A stretch of DNA of 64,000 nucleotides from Bacteroidales bacterium (lineage in GTDB: Bacteria > Bacteroidota > Bacteroidia > Bacteroidales > VadinHA17), in contig PLNT01000043.1 in assembly GCA_003141895.1 (NCBI GenBank), positions 20,813-84,812 of the forward strand. Direction: 5' to 3'. Under the pieces are notes generated by a model, which was not told where the DNA came from, did not search any database, and was given only the letters and a program-made list of their open reading frames with translations. Shown here piece after piece: positions 1 to 8,448 of the stretch. Both the position numbers and the translations under genes were made by a program. Position 1 is the stretch's first letter. Each line of letters begins with the position of its first letter.

Positions 1-10
1 CAGATACTAT

Positions 11-769
11 ATGGGGAAAGTACAGAATTATGATATCTGGATTGTTGATGGTAATCAGGTCAGATTGAAAATATTCAGTTCATTTCTTTATGGAGGAAAT
101 GAACAGAGATATCCCTTTAATCCTAAAGGTGAAATATGGATTGATAATGCTATATCATGCGAGGAATATTACCTTACACTGGCTCATGAACTGAATGAAC
201 GTCATCTTATGGCAAAATTCGGATGGAAATATATTACTGCTCACGATTCTTCATTATCACTTGAACAGGTTATACGGCATTCAAATGAAGAGCTTTGCCG
301 TGCACATGAAGCTTCATTAAAAAAAGTTTCTGTAAAGGACTATAGTAACGTAAAGGAGATTAAAAATATACCTGACAGTATAAAGATTCAGAATATATAT
401 CGTGTTCCGGTAGGAGTGCGTGATGGTGTTTCAGTATGGATTGTTGATGGTTATATGATCAGGAAGAATATTTACCCCGATTTTGGTTTTAGCGGTAATG
501 ATCTTTCCTATCATTTTATACCGGATAAAGAGATATGGATCGATGGTCAGGTATCTTGCGATGAAACAGAATATTCTATTGCGACAGAGTTAAAGGAAAG
601 GAATTTGCTTGAAAAAGGGAAATCATATGATGATGCATATAGCGATGCCATTGATTCAACTCTTATTCGAAGGGAAAATATGATTAAACTGGCAAAATCT
701 CATTTCAGTATTGCAGTTCCTGATTCCATTACCATGTATGCCGGAACTATAGACAAAAATGAAAAGTAG
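11..769 (+). CDS. hypothetical protein built from two tandem ~120-aa homologous repeats (start may lie upstream of the window)
   Basis: Long ORF whose frame stays open back to nt 2. Repeat 1 is 'IWIVDGNQVR..PKGEIWIDNAISCEEYYLTLAHELNERHLM'. Repeat 2 is 'VWIVDGYMIR..PDKEIWIDGQVSCDETEYSIATELKERNLL'. No family recognised. Confidence 0.5.
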   Translation: MGKVQNYDIWIVDGNQVRLKIFSSFLYGGNEQRYPFNPKGEIWIDNAISCEEYYLTLAHELNERHLMAKFGWKYITAHDSSLSLEQVIRHSNEELCRAHEASLKKVSVKDYSNVKEIKNIPDSIKIQNIYRVPVGVRDGVSVWIVDGYMIRKNIYPDFGFSGNDLSYHFIPDKEIWIDGQVSCDETEYSIATELKERNLLEKGKSYDDAYSDAIDSTLIRRENMIKLAKSHFSIAVPDSITMYAGTIDKNEK

Positions 770-837
770 ATTGCATACTTTTTAAAGATTAATACAGGCA
801 ACAAAAATCTAATGATGGTGTTTAATGTTTAAAAAAA

Positions 838-1671
838 ATGAAATTAAAACTTTTTAATATTACCAATTTCAAGGTCGACGGCGGAGCAATGTTTGGTGTT
901 ATTCCAAAAGCATTATGGTCACGGGCATATAAACCTGATGAAAACAATCTCATAAACCTTTCTCTCAGATCGTTGATAGTCGAGACCGGAGGACACGTAA
1001 TTTTAATTGATACCGGCTGGGGCGACAAACAGGATGAAAAATTTTTCAGGCATATCAATCTGAATGGAGGAGATGGCCTTATAGAAGGACTTAAAAAGAG
1101 AGGCTATAGTCCTGAGGATATTACCGACATTTTTCTTACACATTTGCACGCTGATCATTGTGGCGGATCAATAAAAAGAAGAGGTAATAAATCTGAACTC
1201 ACTTTCCCGAAAGCTACCTGCTATATTAGTGATACACAATGGGATTGGGCCGTAAAGAATAATCTCCGCGAAGCTGATTCATTTCTGAAAGAAAATATTT
1301 TGCCATTGGGAGAACTCGGGGATCTTAAACTGGTAAAAGAGGAACAGGAATTATTCCCTGGTTTCAGGGTAATGATCTGTCACGGACATACCCCTGGTTT
1401 AATGATACCTATTATTAAATATAAAGGGAAAACCCTTGTTTATACCGGTGATCTGATGCCAACTGTAGCCCATATCCCTTTACTCTGGAATATGAGTTAC
1501 GATATCGAATCACTCAAAACAATAGGTGAGAAACAAAGAATCCTCAATGAAGCTCTCGACAAAGGATATATATTTGTTTTCCAGCATGATGAACATATCG
1601 AATGCTGTAATCTCGAGATGACACCTAAAGGGATAAGAGCCAGGGATAGATTCGACTTTTCGGAAATATGA
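838..1671 (+). CDS. MBL-fold metallo-hydrolase
   Basis: Classic HxHxDH motif 'THLHADHCGG' plus downstream His/Asp ('HGHTPG', 'TGD'). 277 aa is typical for the family. Confidence 0.85.
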   Translation: MKLKLFNITNFKVDGGAMFGVIPKALWSRAYKPDENNLINLSLRSLIVETGGHVILIDTGWGDKQDEKFFRHINLNGGDGLIEGLKKRGYSPEDITDIFLTHLHADHCGGSIKRRGNKSELTFPKATCYISDTQWDWAVKNNLREADSFLKENILPLGELGDLKLVKEEQELFPGFRVMICHGHTPGLMIPIIKYKGKTLVYTGDLMPTVAHIPLLWNMSYDIESLKTIGEKQRILNEALDKGYIFVFQHDEHIECCNLEMTPKGIRARDRFDFSEI

Positions 1672-1750
1672 CATTTGTTCCTGCCGAGAGTAGCTCTTTT
1701 TAATTGTGGCAAATTTAGTTTTTAATAGAATAAAATACTTTTCAAACGCA

Positions 1751-1829
1751 TTACCCCCTTCCCATCCTTCCCCCAAGGGGGAAGGCGTATCAAAACCTTT
1801 CCCCCTTGGGGGAAAATGAAAGGGGGTAA
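1751..1829 (+). repeat. Family A GC-rich structured intergenic element, copy 1
   Basis: The outer stem is TTACCCCCTT...AAGGGGGTAA. It encloses two perfect hairpins, CCTTCCCCC-AA-GGGGGAAGG and TTTCCCCC-TT-GGGGGAAA. Near-identical copies lie at 6796, 15464 and 50887. Confidence 0.85.
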
Positions 1830-1919
1830 AATTAAAAATATAAAACATAATTTATTACCAATTTTCTGAAGTGTTGTGCTTATTGGATTTCAAGTTTTTT
1901 CATTAATAAATTAATATAT

Positions 1920-3530
1920 ATGGCAGAATTTATTTACGAAAAACCGATTCAGCTTGGGAAGGATACCACAAGGTATAAACTTCTGACAAAAGAATATGTA
2001 AAGGTTGTTGAAGAAGGAGGCAGGAAAATACTTACAATTGATCCAAAAGGTCTGGAAATCCTTGCTAAAAAAGCAGTTTCTGAAATTTCCTTTTACTTTC
2101 GGACCACTCATCTTGAAAAACTTGCATTGATTCTTGACGATCCCGAAGCAACCGATAATGATCGTTTTGTTGCCTATATGTTGCTCCGTAATGCCGTAGT
2201 GAGTGCAGATGAAGATCTGCCATCGTGCCAGGATACAGGCACTGCAATAGTCATTGGAAAAAAAGGCGAGGACGTTCGCACAGGCGGCAAGGATGCCGGG
2301 CACTTATCCAAAGGCATATTTGAAACTTATAAGGAGAAAAACCTCAGATACTCACAGGTAATTCCATTCTCCATGTTTGAGGAAAAGAATACCGGAACTA
2401 ATCTGCCGGCGCAGATTGATATATATTCAACTGAAGGAAGATCGTATGAATTTCTATTCATTACAAAAGGAGGAGGATCTGCGAATAAGACTTTCCTTTA
2501 TCAGCAATCCAAATCATTGTTGAATGAAGAGTCACTGACAAAATTCGTCAAGGATAAGATTAAGGAACTTGGTACATCGGCATGTCCTCCATATCACCTG
2601 GCGATCGTTATCGGAGGGACTTCAGCTGAGGCAACACTTAAAACAGTTAAGGAGGCTTCTGCAGGCTATCTTGATCATCTTCCTTTTACCGGTAATGCAA
2701 ACGGCCGGGCTTTCCGCGATATTGAATGGGAAAAGAAAATTGAAAAAATTTGTCAGGAGTACGGTGTCGGTGCCCAATTTGGCGGGAAGTATTTTGTTCA
2801 TGATGTGAGGGTTATCAGATTACCACGTCATGCTGCTTCGTGTCCGGTTGGAATGGGTGTCAGCTGCAGTGCGGACAGGAATATTAGGGCTCATATTACA
2901 GAGGAAGGAATTTTTATCGAAGAACTTGAAAAGAATCCATCACGTTTTATGCCGGCTAAGGCTCCGGAACTGGAAAAACCTGTAGAAATTGATCTCGATC
3001 GGCCCATGAAAGATGTACTGGCTGAGTTGACAAAATATCCGGTCAAAACAAGATTGAATCTTAGCGGAACGCTTATTGTTGCGCGCGATATTGCTCATGC
3101 AATGATTAAAAAAATGCTGGATGAAGGTAAGCCGATGCCCGAGTATTTTAAAAACCATCCGATATATTATGCAGGCCCGGCAAAGACTCCTGAAGGAATG
3201 CCATCAGGTAGTTTCGGCCCGACCACAGCTGGCCGGATGGATCCGTATGTTAATCTTTTCCAGAGTCATGGCGGATCATTAATTATGCTCGCAAAAGGTA
3301 ACCGGACACGGCAGGTGATCGAAGCATGCAAAAAATATGGCGGATTCTATCTGGGATCAATCGGTGGACCAGCTGCCATCCTTGCTGCTGAAAATATAAA
3401 ATCGGTGGAACTTGTCGATTTTGAAGAACAGGGAATGGAGGCAATCCGCAAGATAAGGGTTGAGAATATGCCTGCATTTATACTTACCGATGATAAGGGG
3501 AACGACTTTTTTGATGAATACAATAAGTAA
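1920..3530 (+). CDS. fumB: class I (Fe-S) fumarate hydratase, fused alpha/beta form
   Basis: 536 aa. '[12 protein letters not shown]' in the N-terminal catalytic region and '[13 protein letters not shown]' in the C-terminal domain are typical of FumA/FumB-type enzymes. Confidence 0.9.
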   Translation: MAEFIYEKPIQLGKDTTRYKLLTKEYVKVVEEGGRKILTIDPKGLEILAKKAVSEISFYFRTTHLEKLALILDDPEATDNDRFVAYMLLRNAVVSADEDLPSCQDTGTAIVIGKKGEDVRTGGKDAGHLSKGIFETYKEKNLRYSQVIPFSMFEEKNTGTNLPAQIDIYSTEGRSYEFLFITKGGGSANKTFLYQQSKSLLNEESLTKFVKDKIKELGTSACPPYHLAIVIGGTSAEATLKTVKEASAGYLDHLPFTGNANGRAFRDIEWEKKIEKICQEYGVGAQFGGKYFVHDVRVIRLPRHAASCPVGMGVSCSADRNIRAHITEEGIFIEELEKNPSRFMPAKAPELEKPVEIDLDRPMKDVLAELTKYPVKTRLNLSGTLIVARDIAHAMIKKMLDEGKPMPEYFKNHPIYYAGPAKTPEGMPSGSFGPTTAGRMDPYVNLFQSHGGSLIMLAKGNRTRQVIEACKKYGGFYLGSIGGPAAILAAENIKSVELVDFEEQGMEAIRKIRVENMPAFILTDDKGNDFFDEYNK

Positions 3531-3560
3531 CTCCCTAAATTCCTCTTTGTCACAGAAAAA

Positions 3561-3624
3561 AGGTTAAGTTTGAGGCTTAGGCAGAGACCTTAACCTTTAC
3601 CTTTACCTTGACCTTAACCTTTAC
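3561..3624. repeat. hairpin (AGGTTAAG..CTTAACCT) followed by six tandem CTTNAC hexamers
   Basis: Positions 3589-3624 read cttaac ctttac ctttac cttgac cttaac ctttac. The left arm at 3561-3568 pairs with 3589-3596. The element lies in the convergent gap between fumB and the minus-strand gene. Confidence 0.6.
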
Positions 3625-3641
3625 CATTGCAAGCTGTTACT

Positions 3642-5072
3642 CTATTTGATTTTTTCAATAATAAATATATCGTGCCTGTCGAGATCACGCCAGTATTTAA
3701 GAGAGGTTTTTCTTACAAGTTCCCAATAGATATTATTATCAAGGCCATTAACAAAATTTATATCTTTCAGATCTGAAATAATCTTCTCTTCTATCTGCGA
3801 TTTAAGAGTTAATCTAATTTTCCGGTTCATATATGTAAATTCAGCTGATGGATTAGGAGGAATTTCATTTACTACCGTAAATAACCCATGTCCGGTAGTT
3901 GAACCTGTGCTGACCTGCAAACCGTCATTCATGCAGCTCAGCGGAGGATATGATCCAGCAAATGAAGTTGTATTGAACTCGTCAACTCCGGTATTAAAAT
4001 ATTCTCTTGCTCTGATACCCATTTTAACTCCAATGATGGAAAAAACACCTAGCTGACGATGTAACTCATTGGTAATTACTGATGATATCCACTCATCAGT
4101 ACCATATTTCTTAATGATTTCCGTGACAAAAGGTATCACGTCAGCAGAATAAAAAGATGAATCCATCGGAAACGATTTAATAACCTGATTTTTTTCAGCA
4201 GTTTCTCCTGCCAGCAATTTCAATACACTTTCGCGGAGTAAAGGGATATTTTCAGTGGGGCTTACAAAATAATCAGCTGTTGTATTGTATCGGAAAAGTT
4301 CAGGATAGTGTAAATAGACCGGAACCATTTCGTCAATTGCAGAATAGAGTAACTTACGGTTTTTTGATTTCTCATTCCGGAAGAATTCCGAGAATCTTGT
4401 TGCATATATTGTGGGAATTTCAGAGATAGATTTTATCATTAAATCGTTATAGAACGAGTCTTCCTTTAAGCTTATTACAGACTTAACAGGGATTTCAGCT
4501 TTCATTATTTTTTCAACAGCTGAAATATCAACCTGATAGTTAAAATGATTTTTGTCTTTTGGTCCGTTAGAACTCCAGATTATTTCCTTCACCTGTCGTT
4601 TGAAGTCGGGTACCTCTTTCATTGCCTGAGCAACAGTTGACATTCCTCCCAGGCATATAAAGCTCACCTTTGTTTTTTCAAATGACAGTACTTCTTTAAT
4701 TACACTTACGCAATCAGGAGCATTTTCCTCACTTAAATCATCTTCTTTACCCCACATAGTATTTAAGGGATCTGTATATTCTGGAGACTTGAACTTGCTG
4801 TTTTTATTAATTCCAACCGGAATACCTTCATGCCAGAAGGAGTTAAGGAGGCTTTTTACTTTTATATATACATTTTGTGTACTCAGGGCACCCGGGGAGA
4901 TTGTTATTGCAAGAACCCTGACATCGGGTGAAGCAAGAAGCAATGTGATTGCCCTGATATCCTCAATACCTCCGTCGGTATCTATTATTACGTAATGAGT
5001 TGGTTTCCAGGGATGTGAAAAAAGTGTAAGATTCAGAGCAATACATATAATTAATATCAGGAGTCTTTTCAT
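3642..5072 (-). CDS. secreted fusion protein: nucleoside hydrolase-like N-domain plus FmdE-like C-domain
   Basis: Signal peptide 'MKRLLILIICIALNLTLFS'. 'VIIDTDGGIEDIRAI' resembles the IUNH DxDxxxDD motif. The C-terminal 'GVKMGIRAREYF...LSCMNDGLQVSTGSTTGHGLFTV' resembles the FmdE-family core. Confidence 0.6.
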   Translation of the reverse strand: MKRLLILIICIALNLTLFSHPWKPTHYVIIDTDGGIEDIRAITLLLASPDVRVLAITISPGALSTQNVYIKVKSLLNSFWHEGIPVGINKNSKFKSPEYTDPLNTMWGKEDDLSEENAPDCVSVIKEVLSFEKTKVSFICLGGMSTVAQAMKEVPDFKRQVKEIIWSSNGPKDKNHFNYQVDISAVEKIMKAEIPVKSVISLKEDSFYNDLMIKSISEIPTIYATRFSEFFRNEKSKNRKLLYSAIDEMVPVYLHYPELFRYNTTADYFVSPTENIPLLRESVLKLLAGETAEKNQVIKSFPMDSSFYSADVIPFVTEIIKKYGTDEWISSVITNELHRQLGVFSIIGVKMGIRAREYFNTGVDEFNTTSFAGSYPPLSCMNDGLQVSTGSTTGHGLFTVVNEIPPNPSAEFTYMNRKIRLTLKSQIEEKIISDLKDINFVNGLDNNIYWELVRKTSLKYWRDLDRHDIFIIEKIK

Positions 5073-5163
5073 TCAAATAAATTTAGATTGTAAAAATACA
5101 CTTTTGTAACACTGCTACGAATATTAGATATTTTTTTAACTTGAACCCCGTAAATTATGATTC

Positions 5164-6693
5164 ATGAAACGATTTATATTATGGTTCATTCCAGGTCTTC
5201 TTGTTGGAGCCCTGATTATACTTGGTGCAGGAAAAGCACTGCAGGTGACATCCACTAATACATACTGTGTCTCCTGTCATATTCATCCGATGGCAGATTT
5301 TTCATGGAAGAAATCTATACATTATGATACCCGGTCGGGATACAGGGTTGCCTGCATCGAATGCCATCTTCCTCCCAAAGGTCATGGTTATCTCTGGGCA
5401 AAAGGTAAAACAGGTCTGCGCGATCTATGGAGTAAATGGACAAAAGATTCAGCTTCATTTAACTGGTCCGACAGAAGTCATCTTGAAGTTGCCCGAAATT
5501 ATGTGTATGAAAGCAGTTGCATAAAATGTCACGAGAATCTTTTCCCTGCAAAGCTTTCAAAAGCTGGTGAAGATGCTCATCTTTACTATACACAAACAAA
5601 AAAAACCGACGAACTGAATTGTATCAACTGTCATCTGAATGCCGGACATTTTATTGAAGGTTATACGCACGGAAGTAATTCAACATTTGGAAATACATCT
5701 TCAGCCGCAAAAGAAATATATACCGAGCCGGCAAAAGTTTCTGAATTTAAAAGCTTCACTGAGAGCATTCCAAAATCCTCTGTCTCTTTTAACATGGTAG
5801 CTATTCCGGGAGGGACTTTCCATTTAGGCAGTCCACTTTCCGAACCATTCAGGAAAGATGATGAAGGGCCTGTCAGGGAAGTTCGTCTGAGTCCGTTTTT
5901 CATGGCTGAGATTGAAGTTTCATGGGATGAATACCTTGCATTCTATGTACAGACAGCAGCTGAAGGCCGATCAACTGATACCGAAGGTCTGAGAAAAAAC
6001 AAAGCACTGGAAACTGATGCAATTTCCGGTGCAACTCCGCCTTACGGTCAGCCTGATCAGGGCTGGGGTCTGGGAAAAAGACCTGCTATCTCATTTTCTT
6101 TCCATGCGGCTGAGACCTATTGTAAATGGCTCAGTAAAGTCACCGGTAAGAATTATCGACTCCCGACCGAAGCTGAGTGGGAGTATGCCTGCAGGGCAGG
6201 ATCAGATGGACCCTATTTTTTCCCGGGAAATCCGAAGAAATTTGAAAAGACCGGATTAAGAGCAAAGCTTTCTAAAAATGATACAACAGTCATTAATACT
6301 TATGTTGTTTATAAGGGTAATAGTCCTGCAAAAACACAGCCTCCTGAAAGGGTTAAACCTAATCCATTCGGATTAATTAATATGACCGGGAACGTGGCAG
6401 AGTTTTGCGCCGATTGGTATCAGCCTGATGCTTACTCACGATATCCTTCCGGTGCCATAAATGATCCAAAGGGACCCTCTGAAGGAACTGAACATGTAAT
6501 TAGAGGCGGTTCCTTTCAGAGTTCGGCAGGTTATGTCAGAAGTGCATCACGCGACTATACAAAAACAGCGGCATGGTTAAAAACTGACCCTCAGATGCCA
6601 AAGAGCATATGGTGGTATTCCGATTGTTTCAATGTCGGTTTCAGAGTTGTTTGTGATTTTGATGAGAAAACCGGGAATATAAAAAAGGATTAG
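5164..6693 (+). CDS. membrane-anchored NapC/NirT-type tetrahaem cytochrome c fused to an FGE/SUMF1-like (sulfatase-modifying-factor fold) domain
   Basis: N-terminal TM helix followed by four CxxCH motifs (CVSCH, CIECH, CIKCH, CINCH). The C-terminal half carries 'MVAIPGGTFHLGS', 'YRLPTEAEWEYACRAG', 'GNVAEFCADWY' and 'RGGSFQSS...GFRVV', all typical of the FGE-sulfatase fold. Confidence 0.8.
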   Translation: MKRFILWFIPGLLVGALIILGAGKALQVTSTNTYCVSCHIHPMADFSWKKSIHYDTRSGYRVACIECHLPPKGHGYLWAKGKTGLRDLWSKWTKDSASFNWSDRSHLEVARNYVYESSCIKCHENLFPAKLSKAGEDAHLYYTQTKKTDELNCINCHLNAGHFIEGYTHGSNSTFGNTSSAAKEIYTEPAKVSEFKSFTESIPKSSVSFNMVAIPGGTFHLGSPLSEPFRKDDEGPVREVRLSPFFMAEIEVSWDEYLAFYVQTAAEGRSTDTEGLRKNKALETDAISGATPPYGQPDQGWGLGKRPAISFSFHAAETYCKWLSKVTGKNYRLPTEAEWEYACRAGSDGPYFFPGNPKKFEKTGLRAKLSKNDTTVINTYVVYKGNSPAKTQPPERVKPNPFGLINMTGNVAEFCADWYQPDAYSRYPSGAINDPKGPSEGTEHVIRGGSFQSSAGYVRSASRDYTKTAAWLKTDPQMPKSIWWYSDCFNVGFRVVCDFDEKTGNIKKD

Positions 6694-6795
6694 AAAACGT
6701 TTTTATTATTTGGGGATTCCTTGCTAACTCTTCAAACGACAATTTAACCGATAAACAGCTGTTTATCAGCCAAAGACTTCCTTGTTTTTAATTAA

Positions 6796-6876
6796 TTACC
6801 CCCTTCCCAACCTTCCCCCAAGGGGGAAGGAGTGGATCAACCTTTTCCCCCTTGGGGGAAATAAGAAAGGGGGTAA
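6796..6876 (+). repeat. Family A GC-rich structured intergenic element, copy 2
   Basis: Same outer stem and two inner hairpins as 1751-1829. Only the inter-hairpin spacer differs. Confidence 0.85.
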
Positions 6877-7006
6877 AAGCCAAAAAAAGAAATTAAAAGT
6901 GTCATTAATATTGGATTCCAAAATTGGATATTGATTCCCGCTAATGATATCAGCGTTAAAAATCCTTAAATGGAATTGTTAATTTGCTTTTTTGAAAGTC
7001 TATGTT

Positions 7007-7014
7007 TACATTTG
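7007..7014 (+). promoter_or_regulatory. candidate Bacteroidota -7 promoter element (TAnnTTTG)
   Basis: TACATTTG lies 62 nt upstream of the ATG at 7076. This is a motif match only. Confidence 0.3.
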
Positions 7015-7075
7015 ATTACATTCAAAACTAACTTAAAGAATAATATATTTATCAGTTGCTTAAACCTTATCTAAT

Positions 7076-8443
7076 ATGAAAAAATCAAGTATTTCGAGGC
7101 GTAATTTTCTTGGCAAAGCAGCTACAGTAGGCATGGCAGGAGTAATAGTTCCTTCCATTATTACAAGTTGTTCCCGCGAACCCAGGAAAGTAGTTCAGAT
7201 ACCAACCATGCTTGACCAGGCACCTGACGGCCCGGTTATTAAAGCCGGAGTTATAGGTTGTGGTGGTCGCGGAACAGGAGCAGCAATCAATTTCTTAAGT
7301 GCCGGACCAAATCTTAAGATTGTTGCTTTAGGTGACACATTCCAGGACAGGATCGATTCATGCAGGGCAGAGATTCTAAAACAAAAAGGACAGGACGTTC
7401 CTCTTGACAAGTGCTTTGTTGGTTTCGACGCTTATCAGAAAGTACTTGATGCCGGTGTTGATCTTGTTATTCTTGCTACACCGCCTTTCTTCCGTCCCGA
7501 TCATCTTGCAGCAGCAATACAGGCTAAAAAACATGTTTTTGCAGAAAAACCGGTTTGTGTTGACCCTGTTGGGGCAAGATCGGTGATGGCTTCTTCACAA
7601 AAGGCTAAAGGGATGGACCTAAGCATAGTTACAGGCACTCAGCGCAGGCATCAGCGCGACTATATTGCCACATGGCAGCAGGTGGGTCAGGGTACAATTG
7701 GAGATATAATGAGTGGTAATGTTTACTGGAATGGCGGTAAACTCTGGCATCGTGATCCAAATGCAAAATGGAGCGAAATGGAATATATGATCCGTAACTG
7801 GGTTAACTGGACCTGGCTTTCAGGAGATCATATAGTAGAACAACATGTACACAATCTGGATGTAATGAACTGGTTTACAGGTACACATCCGGTAAAAGCA
7901 GTTGGATTTGGTTCACGTTTGCGCCGTGTTACTGGTAATCAGTATGATAATTTCAGCGTCGACTTTGAATTTGAAGACGGCAGACATTTTCACAGTATGT
8001 GTCGCCAGATTAATGGTTGTGCAGAAAATGTATCTGAAAGGATACAGGGCTCAAAAGGATCTGCATTTTTATCGCAGAGTCAGGATGTTTATATGAAGGA
8101 TCTTAAGGGAAATGTTATCTGGAAATATGATTATCCTGTCGATGAGACCGGGAAACCTTCAAAATCTAAAATGGTGGATCCATATGTACAGGAACATATC
8201 GACCTTGTTACAGCGATTCGTACAAACAAACCAATTAATGAGGCTGAAAATACAGCAATCTCAACAATGATGGCAATTATGGGTCGAATATCAGCTTACA
8301 CTGGGAAAGAAACAACTTATGAGGAAATGATGAACTCCGACCTTAAGCTTGGGCCAAAAGTATTTGTTCTTGGTCAGGTTGATGTCGACAAAAGTATACC
8401 AATAGCAGGATTGGCTTATGTACCTGAAAACGCAACAAAATAA
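7076..8443 (+). CDS. Tat-exported Gfo/Idh/MocA family oxidoreductase
   Basis: Twin-arginine signal 'SRRNFLGKAATVGMAG', Rossmann motif 'GVIGCGGRGTG' and 'EKPV' are typical of the family. Confidence 0.85.
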   Translation: MKKSSISRRNFLGKAATVGMAGVIVPSIITSCSREPRKVVQIPTMLDQAPDGPVIKAGVIGCGGRGTGAAINFLSAGPNLKIVALGDTFQDRIDSCRAEILKQKGQDVPLDKCFVGFDAYQKVLDAGVDLVILATPPFFRPDHLAAAIQAKKHVFAEKPVCVDPVGARSVMASSQKAKGMDLSIVTGTQRRHQRDYIATWQQVGQGTIGDIMSGNVYWNGGKLWHRDPNAKWSEMEYMIRNWVNWTWLSGDHIVEQHVHNLDVMNWFTGTHPVKAVGFGSRLRRVTGNQYDNFSVDFEFEDGRHFHSMCRQINGCAENVSERIQGSKGSAFLSQSQDVYMKDLKGNVIWKYDYPVDETGKPSKSKMVDPYVQEHIDLVTAIRTNKPINEAENTAISTMMAIMGRISAYTGKETTYEEMMNSDLKLGPKVFVLGQVDVDKSIPIAGLAYVPENATK

Positions 8444-8448
8444 TTAAA

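Noticed and set aside
1510-1848. 112-aa minus-strand ORF (and 1497..1712 -) downstream of the MBL hydrolase gene
   Set aside because: It overlaps the 3' end of the well-supported MBL gene in antisense. It then reads through the Family A palindrome ('PLGEGWEGG' is simply the hairpin translated). It has no start context or homology signal.
5900-6693. Calling the C-terminal domain of the cytochrome fusion a genuine formylglycine-generating enzyme
   Set aside because: The region after 'RGGS', where FGEs carry their catalytic cysteine pair, has no cysteine. No sulfatase gene is nearby. I therefore call it only an FGE-fold (SUMF1-like) domain of unknown activity.
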